The position numbers and the translations under genes were made by a program. Below, piece by piece: positions 18,940 to 32,357 of a stretch of 33,894 bases of DNA. The notes below the pieces were generated by a model that did no database searches, had not been told where the DNA came from, and saw only the letters and a program-made list of their open reading frames with translations. The number at the start of each line of letters is the position of its first letter. The stretch's first letter is position 1. Location of the stretch: contig CM119271.1 in the NCBI GenBank assembly GCA_051294375.1, forward strand, positions 8,619,916 to 8,653,809, in the 5' to 3' direction. Origin of the DNA: Paraspadella gotoi (Eukaryota > Animalia > Chaetognatha).

Positions 18940-19310
18940 TTCGTCGTCGTCGTCGTCGTCGTCGTCCTCGACAAACGGCGTCCATCGTCTTTGTTCCTTT
19001 GTTGTTCCTTCGCCACTCATCGTCGTTCGCCGTTGTTCTGTCATTCGTCGTCGTCGTTCGTTGTCATTATTTGTTGTCTTCTTTTTCTTCTTTGTCATCG
19101 GCACAGATCAAACGTTGTTGTCATTCATCGTCGTTCTCGTCATTGTCATTCGTTGTCGCATTTTGTCGTCGTCATCGTCATCATTCGTCAAACATCTTCG
19201 TCGTCATCATCGTCCTTTGTCATTGTCGTCTTCGTTTTTCGTCGTTCGTCGTCTTTTTCTTCGTCGTCGTCATCGTCGTTCTTCAAACGTCGTCGTCGTC
19301 ATCGTCGTCG
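18940..19310. repeat. Long degenerate (TCG/TCA/TTG)n trinucleotide low-complexity tract
   Basis: Cryptic 3-periodic simple sequence that opens spurious ORFs in several frames. Confidence 0.85.
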
Positions 19311-20949
19311 TATTTCTGGAATCTTTATGATCGCCGCCGATCGTAAATTTGTCTCGGAATCGAAGGAGGTGGAACTTTTTCCTTTCTCAAATTTCTCGAG
19401 GCGCCAAAGTTAAAAGAACTTCGTGCCCGNNNNNNNNNNNNNNNNNNNNNNNNNNNNNNNNNNNNNNNNNNNNNNNNNNNNNNNNNNNNNNNNNNNNNNN
19501 NNNNNNNNNNNNNNNNNNNNNNNNNNNNNNNNNNNNNNNNNNNNNNNNNNNNNNNNNNNNNNNNNNNNNNNNNNNNNNNNNNNNNNNNNNNNNNNNNNNN
19601 NNNNNNNNNNNNNNNNNNNNNNNNNNNNNNNNNNNNNNNNNNNNNNNNNNNNNNNNNNNNNNNNNNNNNNNNNNNNNNNNNNNNNNNNNNNNNNNACGAC
19701 GACGACGACGACGACGACGACGATCCATCAAGCTTCTTCGCGCGCGAGAATTTTTCTCTCCGCCTCCGACGACCGATCTCACCTTTTTTTCTCATTTACC
19801 CTTCTCTTAGTCTTCCGCTCTTTATCACCGGTGATTTACCTTTGCTAAAAAAAGGCACTTGCGCCTTACCTTTGTTCCAAGACCTTTCACGGGAATAGGT
19901 TCTTTAAAGAGAGCGTACTTTAACAAACTTACCCAACTTGTTCTCCTTACAATCTTATACAATTGTAGCAATTTATAGAATTTGAAACATAGTGTGCGAT
20001 TTTATTCGAATACAACAAGGTTGCCTCAGTAGTCAGTACAATCATAATCAACAAACATAGACTTAGTCTGAGCAAACGAAAACATAATAGAATAGAGACT
20101 CACTATATCGCTCCATTGATAGAGTAGCCAAGAGCAGTGGGAGTCAACAAATTAGACTATGAGTGAGTCATGATTGAAAGCTTCCAGCGAATCAGTGACC
20201 TGCTGCATGTGTTATTATATATAGTCTTTATCAAAATCGGAGCCAAGATAACTTACTTATCAAATGAATAGAAAATTTTAACGTGAGTTACAACTACCGA
20301 TTTCATACAACTTTTTTGTCCCAAAGCCTGTGGCGCAAAAGCCCCTTAAAATTCATTGTCCCTCCCCACGAGCCTCCAACACCCCAACACCCAAACCCCC
20401 TCAACACCCCCTGTTCGATCCAACCTTCTTCCGAACGTCGACGATCATTATTCTCGCCAAGATATAAATCTCCAGAGTTCCTCGGCGGCCTCCTTCTCTC
20501 TCGGCATCATTATTTGAACTGGGGGCATCATTCATCTGAACATTGGTCTTTGTATAGGATACATTGTATACGTTGTATACGTTTTTTTCCCCGGAATGAA
20601 TTGGAATTAGACATTTTGTTTTAAAAATTTGGGGTTAATTTTAAAGATTTTTAACATAATTTTAAAGTTTTGTCGAATTTTTTCTTGTATTTTGAAATTA
20701 TTAGCGAGTTAAATTTTAAATTGTTGGTTAAATTTTCTGTAAAAATTGGGTTTTGTTAAAATAAATTTATCGAAATAATCATGATTACTGGAGCCTAATA
20801 AAAAAAAAGGATTTAAATAATCCTGCAGTCAATCAACAAATCAATCAATCTTGCAACGTATCAATCAATGAGTCCGTAAACATCTTTATGATCATTACCA
20901 CACGATCGTCATCCTCACCATGGCAACGCATATCATCCAACATAATTAC

Positions 20950-20988
20950 ATATGTTGAATATGTTGAATATGTTGAATATGTTGAATA
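20950..20988. repeat. 9-bp tandem repeat (ATATGTTGA)x4
   Basis: Direct reading. Confidence 0.9.
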
Positions 20989-21511
20989 GTGAATTTAAGT
21001 CAAATTTAATTTAATTTAATTTATGTCAAATTTGTCAATTTGCGCCGATGAAGGCAATCACCATAGTCCAAACATGTCTGTTTTATTAAAAATTCTTCCG
21101 TTGTTAAAACTTGAAACAATTTTTTTTGTTTTCCTTAATTCTATGATGATTATTGAATTATTATCATTATTAAAATCATCATCAATCATCAAGTCATTAT
21201 CATCTATTTTGAAAAACATCTTTTCTCTATTTCTTTTCGCGGAATTCTCCTCGACGGGGAAACCCGAAGACATCCTGTCGTCCGCTCCTCTGCCCTTTAT
21301 CCATCAAGAAGAGAAAAAAAAACAAATGACGGAAGATGCCAAGATGTTTTTGTCTCTGTCTCTGTCTCTGTCTCTCTCTCGAAACCGCAACAAGGTTATT
21401 AATTATAGGCATAATGGCGAAAAATATTACGAAGGGAAAAAGGAGTAAATATTGATCAACATGAAAAGGTTGAAGGGAAACAAAACGAACATTAAAAAAA
21501 TATGGAACGGG

Positions 21512-21630
21512 TATATGAAGTTGGTACAACCAATATAAAAATTATCCATTCATTTAATAAACAAGGTATTTTGACCCTGACTTTGAACTGGCTGTGGTGA
21601 TTTAAGGCCTCCGTCCAGAAGCTTTCAATC
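21512..21630 (+). mobile_element. Interspersed repeat family A, copy 3
   Basis: Aligns to copy 2 and ends in CTTTCAATC, also seen after copies 1 and 2. Confidence 0.8.
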
Positions 21631-22574
21631 TCAGAGTCTCGTTTATTCACTCCCAGAGTACCTGGCTTCCCTATGAATGAAGTCGTATAAGGTTTCAATT
21701 GTATTAAAGGACCACTCCCTGAAGTATTAGATCGGGGAATACTATATTGTATTTAATAGTCCGAATGACGAAACAAAACTTATCGAATTCTAAAAAAAAC
21801 AACAAAACAATGACAAAACGAAACGCGACGTCGTCGCACGAAACGAAAAGAAAAAACAAACAAAAGACAAAACATCCGAGATCGCCGCTCGTAAATCCTT
21901 CCCATATTTGGGAGAGAGAAAGAAAAAAAAAATCTTTCTTCGATTTTCGTGACAAAACTCATTTCGACGAGAGAGAAAAAAAAAAGAAAAAAAAAAAAAT
22001 ATTTGGCGAATCCAATAATCCGTCTTTTCTTTATGCTCCTTCCTTTCGATCTAGTTTGTCTTTACGGCCCACCCACAAATATCCACCCACAAACTCGACC
22101 TCTCCGTCTCGCTCTCGCTCTTTCTTTTTCTCTTAGGGCCACGATTCGGGCCGCCTTTATATCTCAGCCCTCTTCGTATATTTGAAAAAGGGAAGGATTT
22201 CAAATGAGAAAACATCATACGATACCGGTCTTCCTTCTCTCTATAAATCCATATTTAAAAAAAAAAACAACTATCAGTTCTTTACCTTTCTCCCCATCTC
22301 CCTTTATTCTCTCTCTCTCTCTCTCTCCCTCTCTCTCTCCCGCCCTCTCATATATGACGTAAGATGAATGATCAATGTTAGGTCTGGCGCGGGCTGACGT
22401 GCTTTGATGGATGTTTATACCTCGCTCTCTGTTAATCTCAATTCATCATGTCAACGAATGACAGCAACTCTTTGGGAGCCTCTTCAGTATTCCCGCCTGT
22501 CAAAAACGGACCAATCGGGAGCCGAGGAGGAAAAGTTTCAGCCAATCGGAGAAGATCGAGCCACGATCCGCTTC

Positions 22575-22698
22575 CCTCTTTCTTTTTTCCCCGGGGTTTT
22601 TTTTTCTCTTTTTTCCTTTTTCTTTTTTTTTTCTCTCTCTTTCTTCCTTTCTTTTTTGCTTTTTCTGCTCTCTCTCTTTCCGCTCTTCTCTCTTTTCT

Positions 22699-22740
<42 letters not shown>

Positions 22741-23323
22741 GTCTCTTCTTCTCTCTTCTCTCTCTCTCTCTCTCCATGCTCAGACTATCATCCTCATCCA
22801 CTCCACAATCCTCTTCCCTTTCACTCCGTAGACAGCTTAAGGCTACCCCTCAGCTGAGAAGGTAAAGAGGTGTCTGTCTGTCTTTCTTTTTTTCTTTTCT
22901 TCTTTCTTTCTTTCTTTTCTTTTCTTTTTTTCTTTCTTATTCTTTCTTTCTTTCTTTCTTTTCTTTCTTTCTTTCTCTCTGTTTTTTTTTCTTTTTTCTT
23001 TTCTCTTTCTTCTTTTTCTCTTTCATCTATTTTTCATCACCGTCTTTCTTTCTTCTTTATTCTTTCTTCTTTCTTTCTTTCTTTTTTCCTTTCTTTCTTT
23101 GTTCTCACTTCTTTTCTTTCTTTCCTTCTTCCTTTATTTCTTTGCTTTTCTCAAATATTTTTTCCTACACGCTTTTTTCTTTCGGGCACCTCTGCTTCAG
23201 TCATTTTTTATTAAATTCGAGATTCTCTCTCTCTCTCGTCTCCTCTCTCTCTCTCTGGTTCTCTCTTCTCTCTGGAATCTCTCTCTCTCTCTTTCTCTCT
23301 CTCTTCTCTCTCGTCGTCTCCTC

Positions 23324-23361
<38 letters not shown>

Positions 23362-23390
23362 CTCTCTCTCTCTCTCTCTCTCGTTTCTCT
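22575..23390. repeat. Extended polypyrimidine region of (CT)n and (CTTT)n tracts
   Basis: Direct reading; interrupted by about 100 bp of mixed sequence near 22775-22870. Confidence 0.9.
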
Positions 23391-23664
23391 GCGCGTTTCG
23401 TTCCTTCGGTCCCTTTATGATCGTTCGGAATCGTATCGGTCCCCCCCTAGCCGTAATAAAATGGAACCGTCTCATGAGCATCTCGTAATAAATTGGAATC
23501 GTTAGAGATGGAAAAACCCGTCTATCATGGAGGCCGAGTCTGCCGGTTGCGAGTGCCCTCAATAAAAAATCGTGCGTGCAGCGATCCGGGGGAGGGAGGG
23601 GGGAGGAGAGGGGCGGAAAGGAAGGGAGAGGGAAGGAAGGGGGAAAGAAAGAGGGGAGGGAGAG

Positions 23665-23796
23665 GTAGGGTAAGAATGGGAAAGAAAACGGGAGGGAGTT
23701 GAGGAGGAAATAATTAAGGNNNNNNNNNNNNNNNNNNNNNNNNNGAGGGGAAGATGGAAAGAAAAACGGGAGGGAGTGAAGGAGGAAATAATTAAG
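23665..23796. other. About 50-bp direct duplication on both sides of a 25-N gap (overlapping contig ends)
   Basis: ...GAAAACGGGAGGGAGT(T)GA(A)GGAGGAAATAATTAAG occurs before and after the gap at 23720-23744. Confidence 0.85.
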
Positions 23797-23880
23797 CAAG
23801 AAAGAAGTGGGAGGAGAGGAGAAAAAAAAAGGGAGGACGAAGAGGGGTTAGGAATTGTATATTGGAAAATGTCGATAACG

Positions 23881-24065
23881 ATTGACTTAATTGATTGATT
23901 GATTCATTTGATTTATTGTATATTTAATCAATTAATTAATTAATTAATCAACAATTAATTAATTGTTGATTAATTAATTGACTAATTGATTGACTGATTA
24001 ATTAATTGACTAATTGATTAACTGATTAATTAATTGACTAATTGATTAATTAACTGATTAATCAT
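23881..24065. repeat. (TAAT/TGAT/TGAC)n tract containing a perfect 42-bp palindrome (23938-23979)
   Basis: AATTAATTAATCAACAATTAA|TTAATTGTTGATTAATTAATT checked base by base. Confidence 0.9.
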
Positions 24066-27000
24066 GTGATAAATTAATACAATATGGAGTCGGGATCCCG
24101 ACTAAAAAACTTTATATTTCGAAATAACAAAAAAAAACGGAAACGATTTTTACAGAGACGACGGGTAAGTCAAAGGTCAGGTCAACCTCATACTCACCTC
24201 CACCCTCAGATACCAATTCCCCACCCTTCCAACTCCTCCCCCCCCCAAAAAAAAAAAGAATTCGGAAAAATAAATAGGCCGACCTACCTCGGTTTTAATG
24301 ACCCCCGAACGTCAAACTTATTATCAACGACTTTTATTACTCGCCGATTTTTAATAATATTTAATCGTCGTTCATAAATCGATCTTTCTTTCTTTCTTTC
24401 TTTCTTCTTTCCGACTGGAGAAAGAGAAAAACGCCGTCAAGGATGTTCGAACGAGCGCTACGAAAGCAGTGGCTACGAAGGAGCGCTCGCTGTTTTATAA
24501 AAGAAAAAAGGGCATGAAAATATTAATTTTAGGAAATTGTTAAGAGGAAATTCCTTTAAAATTTTATAATCAAGCGATGAAATTTATTTCGCATGTTGCG
24601 GTTTGATGGACTACCGCTTCGTTAGAATCATTTTAAAGTAAATTTATGAATTTTATTGTAAAAGTTCGGGAAATTTTTACTCAATTCTCATTTTTTTTCC
24701 TCATTGGTGAACCCTTTTTTACGTTTAGGTTCCTAGATAGAATGTAATAGTATACTTTCTTTTTTTTATCAGTTTGAGATGAGAGATAAGTTTTGGAAAA
24801 TTTGCTTTTTAATACAACAATGCATATGAAAGGCTAAAATGTAACTTTTCTATTGTCGTGTTTGGTCATTTTATGACATTTTATCGTGGTTTTTTTTTTA
24901 AATAAAATCTCTGAACGTACATTCAAAAAAAATTCTTTTAACGTTCTTCATACCGTCACTGTAGTTGTATTGTAATTGTATTGTACTGTATTGTATTGTA
25001 ATTTTATATATTAATAAAAAAAAGTCGTCTTAGTTATTTTAATCACTTTTTAATTAATATAAATTTATAATATCGTTTTTGTTATTTATAAAAAAAAATA
25101 GTCGTAAGCGTAAAACAATCTAAGTTTGTAAATACTTTGTATAGCAAAAACCCTAGAGGTCAATTGATTTCATTCACCAGCGTTTCAGATCCCTTACCGT
25201 AAAGCTTAATAAACTAAACCTTTAAAAATTATTCTGCATATTACCGTTCTGTAATATGTTCCAAAACTTACGATTGACGGCATATCATCGTTAACCGGTT
25301 CACGAGTCATTGACATGTTACAAGACACGGATTAATTTTTTTTTTTTTGCAATTTTCCTCGTTATCGTTGTGTTTTGCGTAGGATCTAGTAGCGTTAATA
25401 ATAATAATAAAAAAAAATAAAAGAAAAAGAAATTCTATCGGATAATTTCNNNNNNNNNNNNNNNNNNNNNNNNNNNNNNNNNNNNNNNNNNNNNNNNNNN
25501 NNNNNNNNNNNNNNNNNNNNNNNNNNNNNNNNNNNNNNNNNNNNNNNNNNNNNNNNNNNNNNNNNNNNNNNNNNNNNNNNNNNNNNNNNNNNNNNNNNNN
25601 NNNNNNNNNNNNNNNNNNNNNNNNNNNNNNNNNNNNNNNNNNNNNNNNNNNNNNNNNNNNNNNNNNNNNNNNNNNNNNNNNNNNNNNNNNNNNNNNNNNN
25701 NNNNNNNNNNNNNNNNNNNNNNNNNNNNNNNNNNNNNNNNNNNNNNNNNNNNNNNNNNNNNNNNNNNNNNNNNNNNNNNNNNNNNNNNNNNNNNNNNNNN
25801 NNNNNNNNNNNNNNNNNNNNNNNNNNNNNNNNNNNNNNNNNNNNNNNNNNNNNNNNNNNNNNNNNNNNNNNNNNNNNNNNNNNNNNNNNNNNNNNNNNNN
25901 NNNNNNNNNNNNNNNNNNNNNNNNNNNNNNNNNNNNNNNNNNNNNNNNNNNNNNNNNNNNNNNNNNNNNNNNNNNNNNNNNNNNNNNNNNNNNNNNNNNN
26001 NNNNNNNNNNNNNNNNNNNNNNNNNNNNNNNNNNNNNNNNNNNNNNNNNNNNNNNNNNNNNNNNNNNNNNNNNNNNNNNNNNNNNNNNNNNNNNNNNNNN
26101 NNCCCTATTTATTTGGGGGGGCTGATTTATCTATTTATTTCTATTTTTATTATTAGCTACACGGGTATTTTTAGAGTCGGAGATTAAGCATCGAGGAATC
26201 ACGAAAAACGGAGAGAGTGAAAAAAAAACGAGAAGAGAGAGTGACAGAGAATGGAGGGAAAATAATATTATATTATATGAATTATATAAATTCTATTTTG
26301 AACAAATCTGGTCATTTAATTTGGAAATTTAAAGAATATAATTGCAAAATATGATAACGAAGCAACAAATAGAAAAACTTAAATATTGTAATAAACACCA
26401 ACTTACATAATTCAGATTTTAGCGGAGAGACACCCGACGCCAGCCCCGCCGCCCTCCTCCGAGGCCAACCTCACGAGTCCAGCCCCCCTAGCGGACCCCC
26501 TGCTCTATATCTCACCTACCAACGACCGACTCCTCCTAGCGTTCGACAACAACCCGCCGGCTGGCGACGGTCGCGCCAGTGAGAATGAATTGCTTCTCTT
26601 TCCTCTCACCCACCCTGGTCTAATCTACCGCTGGTTTTCACTGTCACTCTCTACCCCCACCGTTGTCACGATCTCATGTGATCGGGCAGGAAGGTGGCGT
26701 TTTGAGTTTTGAATAGGTGAGGTGGGCGGGGGGAAAAGGGAGAAAGAAAGAAAGAAGATAGTAAGAGTATAAGAAAGAGAGATAAGAGAGAAGAAAAGAA
26801 AAGAAAAGAAAGAAAGAAAGAAGATAAGAAAGAAGAAAGAAAGAATAAGATAGGAGAATTGCATCAGAAAAAGAGAAAAAATAAAGAAAGAAGGAAAGAA
26901 AGAAGAGCGAGAGAGAGAAGAGAGAGAGAGAGAGAGAAGAGAGAGAGTAGAGCAGAGACGAGACGAGAGAGGAAGAGACGAGAGAGATGGACGGCGCGAA

Positions 27001-27751
27001 AGTACAATTTAAATATTTTTTTAAAAATTAAACAACCAAAAATACAGAACATTTAAAAAAAGAAAAGCAAAAAAGAAAACGAGCTAGTAGAAAACAAGAA
27101 GTAAAAAAGAAATTTAAGATAGAAGACGCGGCGAAAAAGAGAAAATAAAAAGAGAGAAAGCAGAGAGCGGAAAGAGAAAAAAATACAATAAAGTCAGAGA
27201 ATAAAGGCGATAAAGTTTGATTGAAGGCGGTGATTTTTATTGATTTTATAACCTCCCTTATGCTTCTGTCAACGAGGAACTACTCCCAGGATACATCGAA
27301 TCATACGAAGACGACGCAAGTTGAGTTGTTCCAAAGAGCAGAGAGAGCAACGGACGAAACGAAACGAAAACGCGACCAAACGCAGCACGAACCAAACGGG
27401 TCCACTGTCGCAAAACATGCCAAGGCAGAACACAACGATCAGGGATCGTTTCCCCTTTTTTAATCTACAGTTTTTTTTCTTTTTTGTTTCGCGTTTCCGT
27501 CTCTCTTCTCTCCTCTCTCTCTCCTTTCTCATCTCTTCTCTCATCTCTCTGCAGTCTGCTCTCATGCGTCTCTCCTCTCTTCTCCGCGCCATTTCCATTA
27601 TCACGTCGGTCGTCCAACTTCATTTTGGATTCAGTGCAGGGTTAAGAATTGTTTCGCTGAGGTTATGAACCATTTTACCGGTCGCGGCGGACCAAAAAAT
27701 TCTGCACAAAATATAAAAAAAAAGAGGCTGAGAGAGAGGAGAGAGAGCGAG

Positions 27752-27790
<39 letters not shown>

Positions 27791-29436
27791 GAGAGAAGAC
27801 GAGAGATGAGAGAGAGACGAAGAGAGAGAGAAGAGATTACAGAAACGGCGCTGAAAAGACGTTGAAAGACGCCAGAAGGCNNNNNNNNNNNNNNNNNNNN
27901 NNNNNNNNNNNNNNNNNNNNNNNNNNNNNNNNNNNNNNNNNNNNNNNNNNNNNNNNNNNNNNNNNNNNNNNNNNNNNNNNNNNNNNNNNNNNNNNNNNNN
28001 NNNNNNNNNNNNNNNNNNNNNNNNNNNNNNNNNNNNNNNNNNNNNNNNNNNNNNNNNNNNNNNNNNNNNNNNNNNNNNNNNNNNNNNNNNNNNNNNNNNN
28101 NNNNNNNNNNNNNNNNNNNNNNNNNNNNNNNNNNNNNNNNNNNNNNNNNNNNNNNNNNNNNNNNNNNNNNNNNNNNNNNNNNNNNNNNNNNNNNNNNNNN
28201 NNNNNNNNNNNNNNNNNNNNNNNNNNNNNNNNNNNNNNNNNNNNNNNNNNNNNNNNNNNNNNNNNNNNNNNNNNNNNNNNNNNNNNNNNNNNNNNNNNNN
28301 NNNNNNNNNNNNNNNNNNNNNNNNNNNNNNNNNNNNGAAGGCCCTTCAAATGTTTCAGGGTGGCAGATTTTTGCTACAAAAGGGAGGAACATTCAAGTAG
28401 TCCCTTTGGACAGGTAGTTTCTTTCGTCCAATAACAGAAAAGTGACACTCTTTCAAGGTAGTCTGGAACAAATATGTGCAGTTTAAAAATTAATAATTTT
28501 TTTCGTGGATTAGCTATTTTAACTTTAGACAAGTTAAATAGCACACAAAAATCAACTCACTATGTACTAAGGCGGGCCAAAATTAATCACTTTTTATTAT
28601 GAGGAGTTCTGTAATATAAAATTCATTTGTCCATCATATACTAAATCAATATTTACTATCACTTTTTTAACGAGTGAAGCACAATATAACATTGAAGCCT
28701 TTAAATATTTATTAATACATCGGCAATGGAAAAAAAATTTAAGAACGGATTCAGATAGCCCATAAAAAGTTGTCTACACAAAGTATAATGCGTTTTTTAA
28801 ATATTTCGATGAAAAGTGGGTCAAATAAGGGAAAAACCGTTAAAAATCATCATCATTATCATACCATAATTTTTATAGTTTTTACTGATTTTAACTAATA
28901 AAACATAAAAATTTGGAAATATTGTAATAATATTTTTTATTTATTTTTTCAAGCTCTACCCGAATCAGTATGTAAAAATTCTAAATTAGATAAAATTGTT
29001 TTATTATTTATAGTAATACGATAAACTTTAAATACTGTTATGTTATAAACTATACATAAAATCTTAAATTTTTTTAAAAATTTTGTTATCCCACAGGGAT
29101 GCTCTAACGTTATTTTTATTACAGAACTCTTAGTATTTACCTTGTTCCGCCTTACTATGTACCTATGGCTTAATTATAAATAATTTCTCGTCTATAAAAG
29201 AGTCAGGTCTTCTTTTAAGTATCCATTATTTTGCGCCAAAAAAGTCCAACCATCACATTCGTTTATCACGACTTCAAAAAATTTCCAAAAAAATTCCTTA
29301 TTTTTTTCCCCCCAAATTTTCATTGGCACGTCTTCCTCTCACCTAAAGAATTAAATCCCTTTTCCTCGGGATTTAAATTTCCCTAAATCTTTCCATAAAT
29401 TAAAGTCGGCTTTTCTTATGATCTTCTTTTCAAGCT

Positions 29437-29470
<34 letters not shown>

Positions 29471-29749
29471 TCCCTCTCTCTCTCTCTCTCTCGCTTTATG
29501 AATCGATTTCCTTTAACTTCCCCCTCTTTCCAAAATTTACATTTTTACCCCATTAAATTAAATAAGAGAAAGGAAAGGACATACATTACGACATGTAGAT
29601 ATAAATTAGAACCTCGTTGGAGAATCGATAGTAATTGAAGTATAATACGGCGAAACGTGGTCCCGCAAATGAAAAATAAGAAACATTTGTTTTCTTTTTA
29701 GGTGATGAATTGATGGGCGGACGGATGGAGAGACTGACAGTTGGTAAAA

Positions 29750-30355
29750 TGAATTGAAATATGTGAAATCGGAATACAGACTGATAATACCTGACAATGA
29801 GAGGATGTACGGACTGAGGAAAATACAGGAAGATGTACAGAAAGTGGAAGGAATCTTGCCAACTGAGAGAGAGAGAGAGAGAGAGNNNNNNNNNNNNNNN
29901 NNNNNNNNNNTCTCTCACATCGCAGGAGAACCCCACAAATTTTCATCTCTTTGACTGGTTTTTATGTGCATAGCTCATGCGCTCCTTTTCTCACCTTTCC
30001 CTGTCCGGTCTCTATGTTCGCGGCTCTCCGTCTAATGGACAGCAACGAAGACAGTCTGTTTTCTCTAAATACATGGTCCAGTACTCTACCGTCTCATCGT
30101 AGCTTTCCCGCGCTACAGCGGACAAGAATCTCACCCTCGATCCGCTCTGCTCCTGCATTCCATATCTGGTCTTGTTCGTTGCTCGTGAATCATCTCGGCC
30201 TCTGCACTCTCTCTCGTTCAGTTTGGGCAAAGATCTCCTCCACTGTTTGACATCTTCACTGTAGTTCCTCAGTCCGCGTACATCCTCTAGTCAATTTCAC
30301 GATGTTATTAGCCAGCTGTATCACGACTTCTCTCAGCCACTACATTCCACATCAT
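29750..30355. other. Indel-rich inverted duplication across a 25-N gap (probable long-read gap-filling artefact)
   Basis: About 29770-29885 (GAGGATGTACGGACTGAGGAAAATACAGGAAGATGTACAG...) matches the reverse complement of about 30205-30325 (GAGGATGTACGCGGACTGAGGAACTACAGTGAAGATGTCAA...) with many 1-2 nt indels. Confidence 0.8.
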
Positions 30356-30658
30356 ACTTAACCCAACGGTCATTCTCCCCATGTATGCGTGCTGGACCCG
30401 GTGCGGCCTTGGTCCGTAGCCCAAAGGTCATCGGCCCCACTCTAAAAAAAAAACACTCGCACAGTCAAGCCACTCGCCCAGTAGACGGGGCCTGATGTCG
30501 GTCTGGGGATTGTTATCTTTCGGTTTCAACCAATAGCGGTCACGCAGAGAACGCGGGCCGTCATGGAGGTGGGAGATCCCTGCCTTGCAAGCACCCGCAT
30601 CAATTGATCAGTGCATCCCCTGTGCGTAGGGGAGGGAACAAGTGGCCCACTTCTTCAG

Positions 30659-30693
<35 letters not shown>

Positions 30694-32305
30694 AGAGATT
30701 TGCGAGAGAGATAAAAAGGAAAACAGGAAAAATGGGATGAATCTCCTTTTCGTTTATTTCTTTTCTTTTCTTTTTTTTTGGGGGGAATTTTATATTTTTA
30801 GAATCTTTTCCATTCCTTTTTATATTCCATTTTATTCTTTCTTCTTCTCACTATTTTTTTTTTTGGGGGGGGGAATTGTTGACTTTTTAAGAAAAATAGG
30901 AAAGTAACACAGTTTCTGTTCGTAACGTTTCTGGTAATATTTGATTTTATAAATTTAGTTTTCGTTCCAATCGTAATAATAAATTAATGATTACTAATTG
31001 ATTATAAATCGTAAATTTAACATAAATTATAAATTGTATTAATTACCCCTGATTTTGTCCTTGATTCGCTCAGTACGAAAAAATTGACACCTCTCGAGTC
31101 TTGACAATAAGATTCGCCATAATTTCAACGAAAAATCCTCGTCTAACCGACTTCGAATGTTGCGAGGCTTCGTCAGCATACTCAGCAATACCTAATAGCA
31201 TTTTACAATTTGATCTATCTTTACTACGAGTCCTGGAGGGATGATTGCCAGCATATTCAATAACTTCCATGACCCTAAAAAACCAAAAAAACAAACCCTG
31301 ACACCAAAAATATGAAAATACCTCTAGGACCGAACATATTTAAGTCAGAAGCCGACGACATGTCAAAACAAAAAAACAAAGAAGTTTCACCTCTTTTCCT
31401 CGGACCATGTGACTCTCTCTTTCCGCTGGTTTGACCGCGCAAGCGCTTTTCCCGACTTTTTCTCTCTCTTCTCCCCGCCCCCTCACTCCCCCCACCTCTC
31501 CCTCTTCTCCCCCCTCCTTTTCGTTCCCGACTCCGAATTTCCTTCTGCCACCATAACCCAAAAGCAAAGGGATACTCACAAACATAAGAGGAAAGGCGAA
31601 AAGCGAGGAGAGAGCATGAGAGAGATGATAGAGAGAGAGAGAAGAGAGAGAGAGAGAAGAGAGGAGAAGATCGAGAGAGAAGAGAGAAAAAGTATTTTTT
31701 ACGTTGGCAGCGGCTCGTGGGCGGCGGCAGGCGGCGGTAGGTGGGCTGCTCGTCGGATCGGCTAGGCAAGTCGACCAAATCGGCGCGGGTAAGGTCGATG
31801 CCTTCGTCGGGAATTTACTGAGCACGAGAATGAAATTCGAGAAGAGAAGAAAAGGGTGAGGTAATTAGAGGGTGAGTTAATAGAACTGGCGGAAGAAAGG
31901 AGAAATCTTTACCATTTGAAAAAGGTAAGGAAATACGGCGGTGAAAAAACGCGTAGATTAAACGCGGTAGGCACTGAGTTCAAAGAAAGGGAGTAAGTTC
32001 ATTCTAAATTATATAAAGGATGAGAGGGTGCAGGCGATGTCTGACGCACGAATGAGGAAGGCTTCTCTGAGCCGAGTGTAAGAGAAAGGTGGCGCAGGAA
32101 AAAATCAAAAATAAAAAAAAAGGGAAACAAAATTCCGCGCCTGACAAAAGACATTTCATTTACGTTGAGCAGCGTCAATTTTTATTTATTTTTTTAGCGA
32201 ATTGGATTGAGAGATACATCGCATTTCCTTTTAATTATTATTAAATTATTTATAAAAAAAGCTTCTGACGCCTTTTATATTCCTTTTTACGTGAACCGGA
32301 ACTTA

Positions 32306-32357
32306 GAACTTCGCAATATCCGAACTTCGCAATATCAGAACTTCGCAATATCAGAAC
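32306..32357. repeat. 16-bp tandem repeat (GAACTTCGCAATATCA)x3
   Basis: Units start at 32306, 32322 and 32338. Confidence 0.92.

Noticed and set aside
18735-19413. Overlapping 140-203 aa Ser/Arg/Val-rich ORFs
   Set aside because: Produced by a degenerate trinucleotide tract that lacks stops in several frames.
20097-20107. GACTCACTATA, the core of the T7 promoter (vector contamination?)
   Set aside because: Only 11 contiguous nt match, flanks differ and there is no other vector sequence.
29951-30250. Complex-looking ORFs 29951-30250 (+) and 30012-30230 (-)
   Set aside because: Lie within the indel-rich inverted copy that is probably raw-read fill.
31070-31294. 74-aa minus-strand ORF of ordinary composition
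   Set aside because: No recognisable motif, splice context or partner exons.
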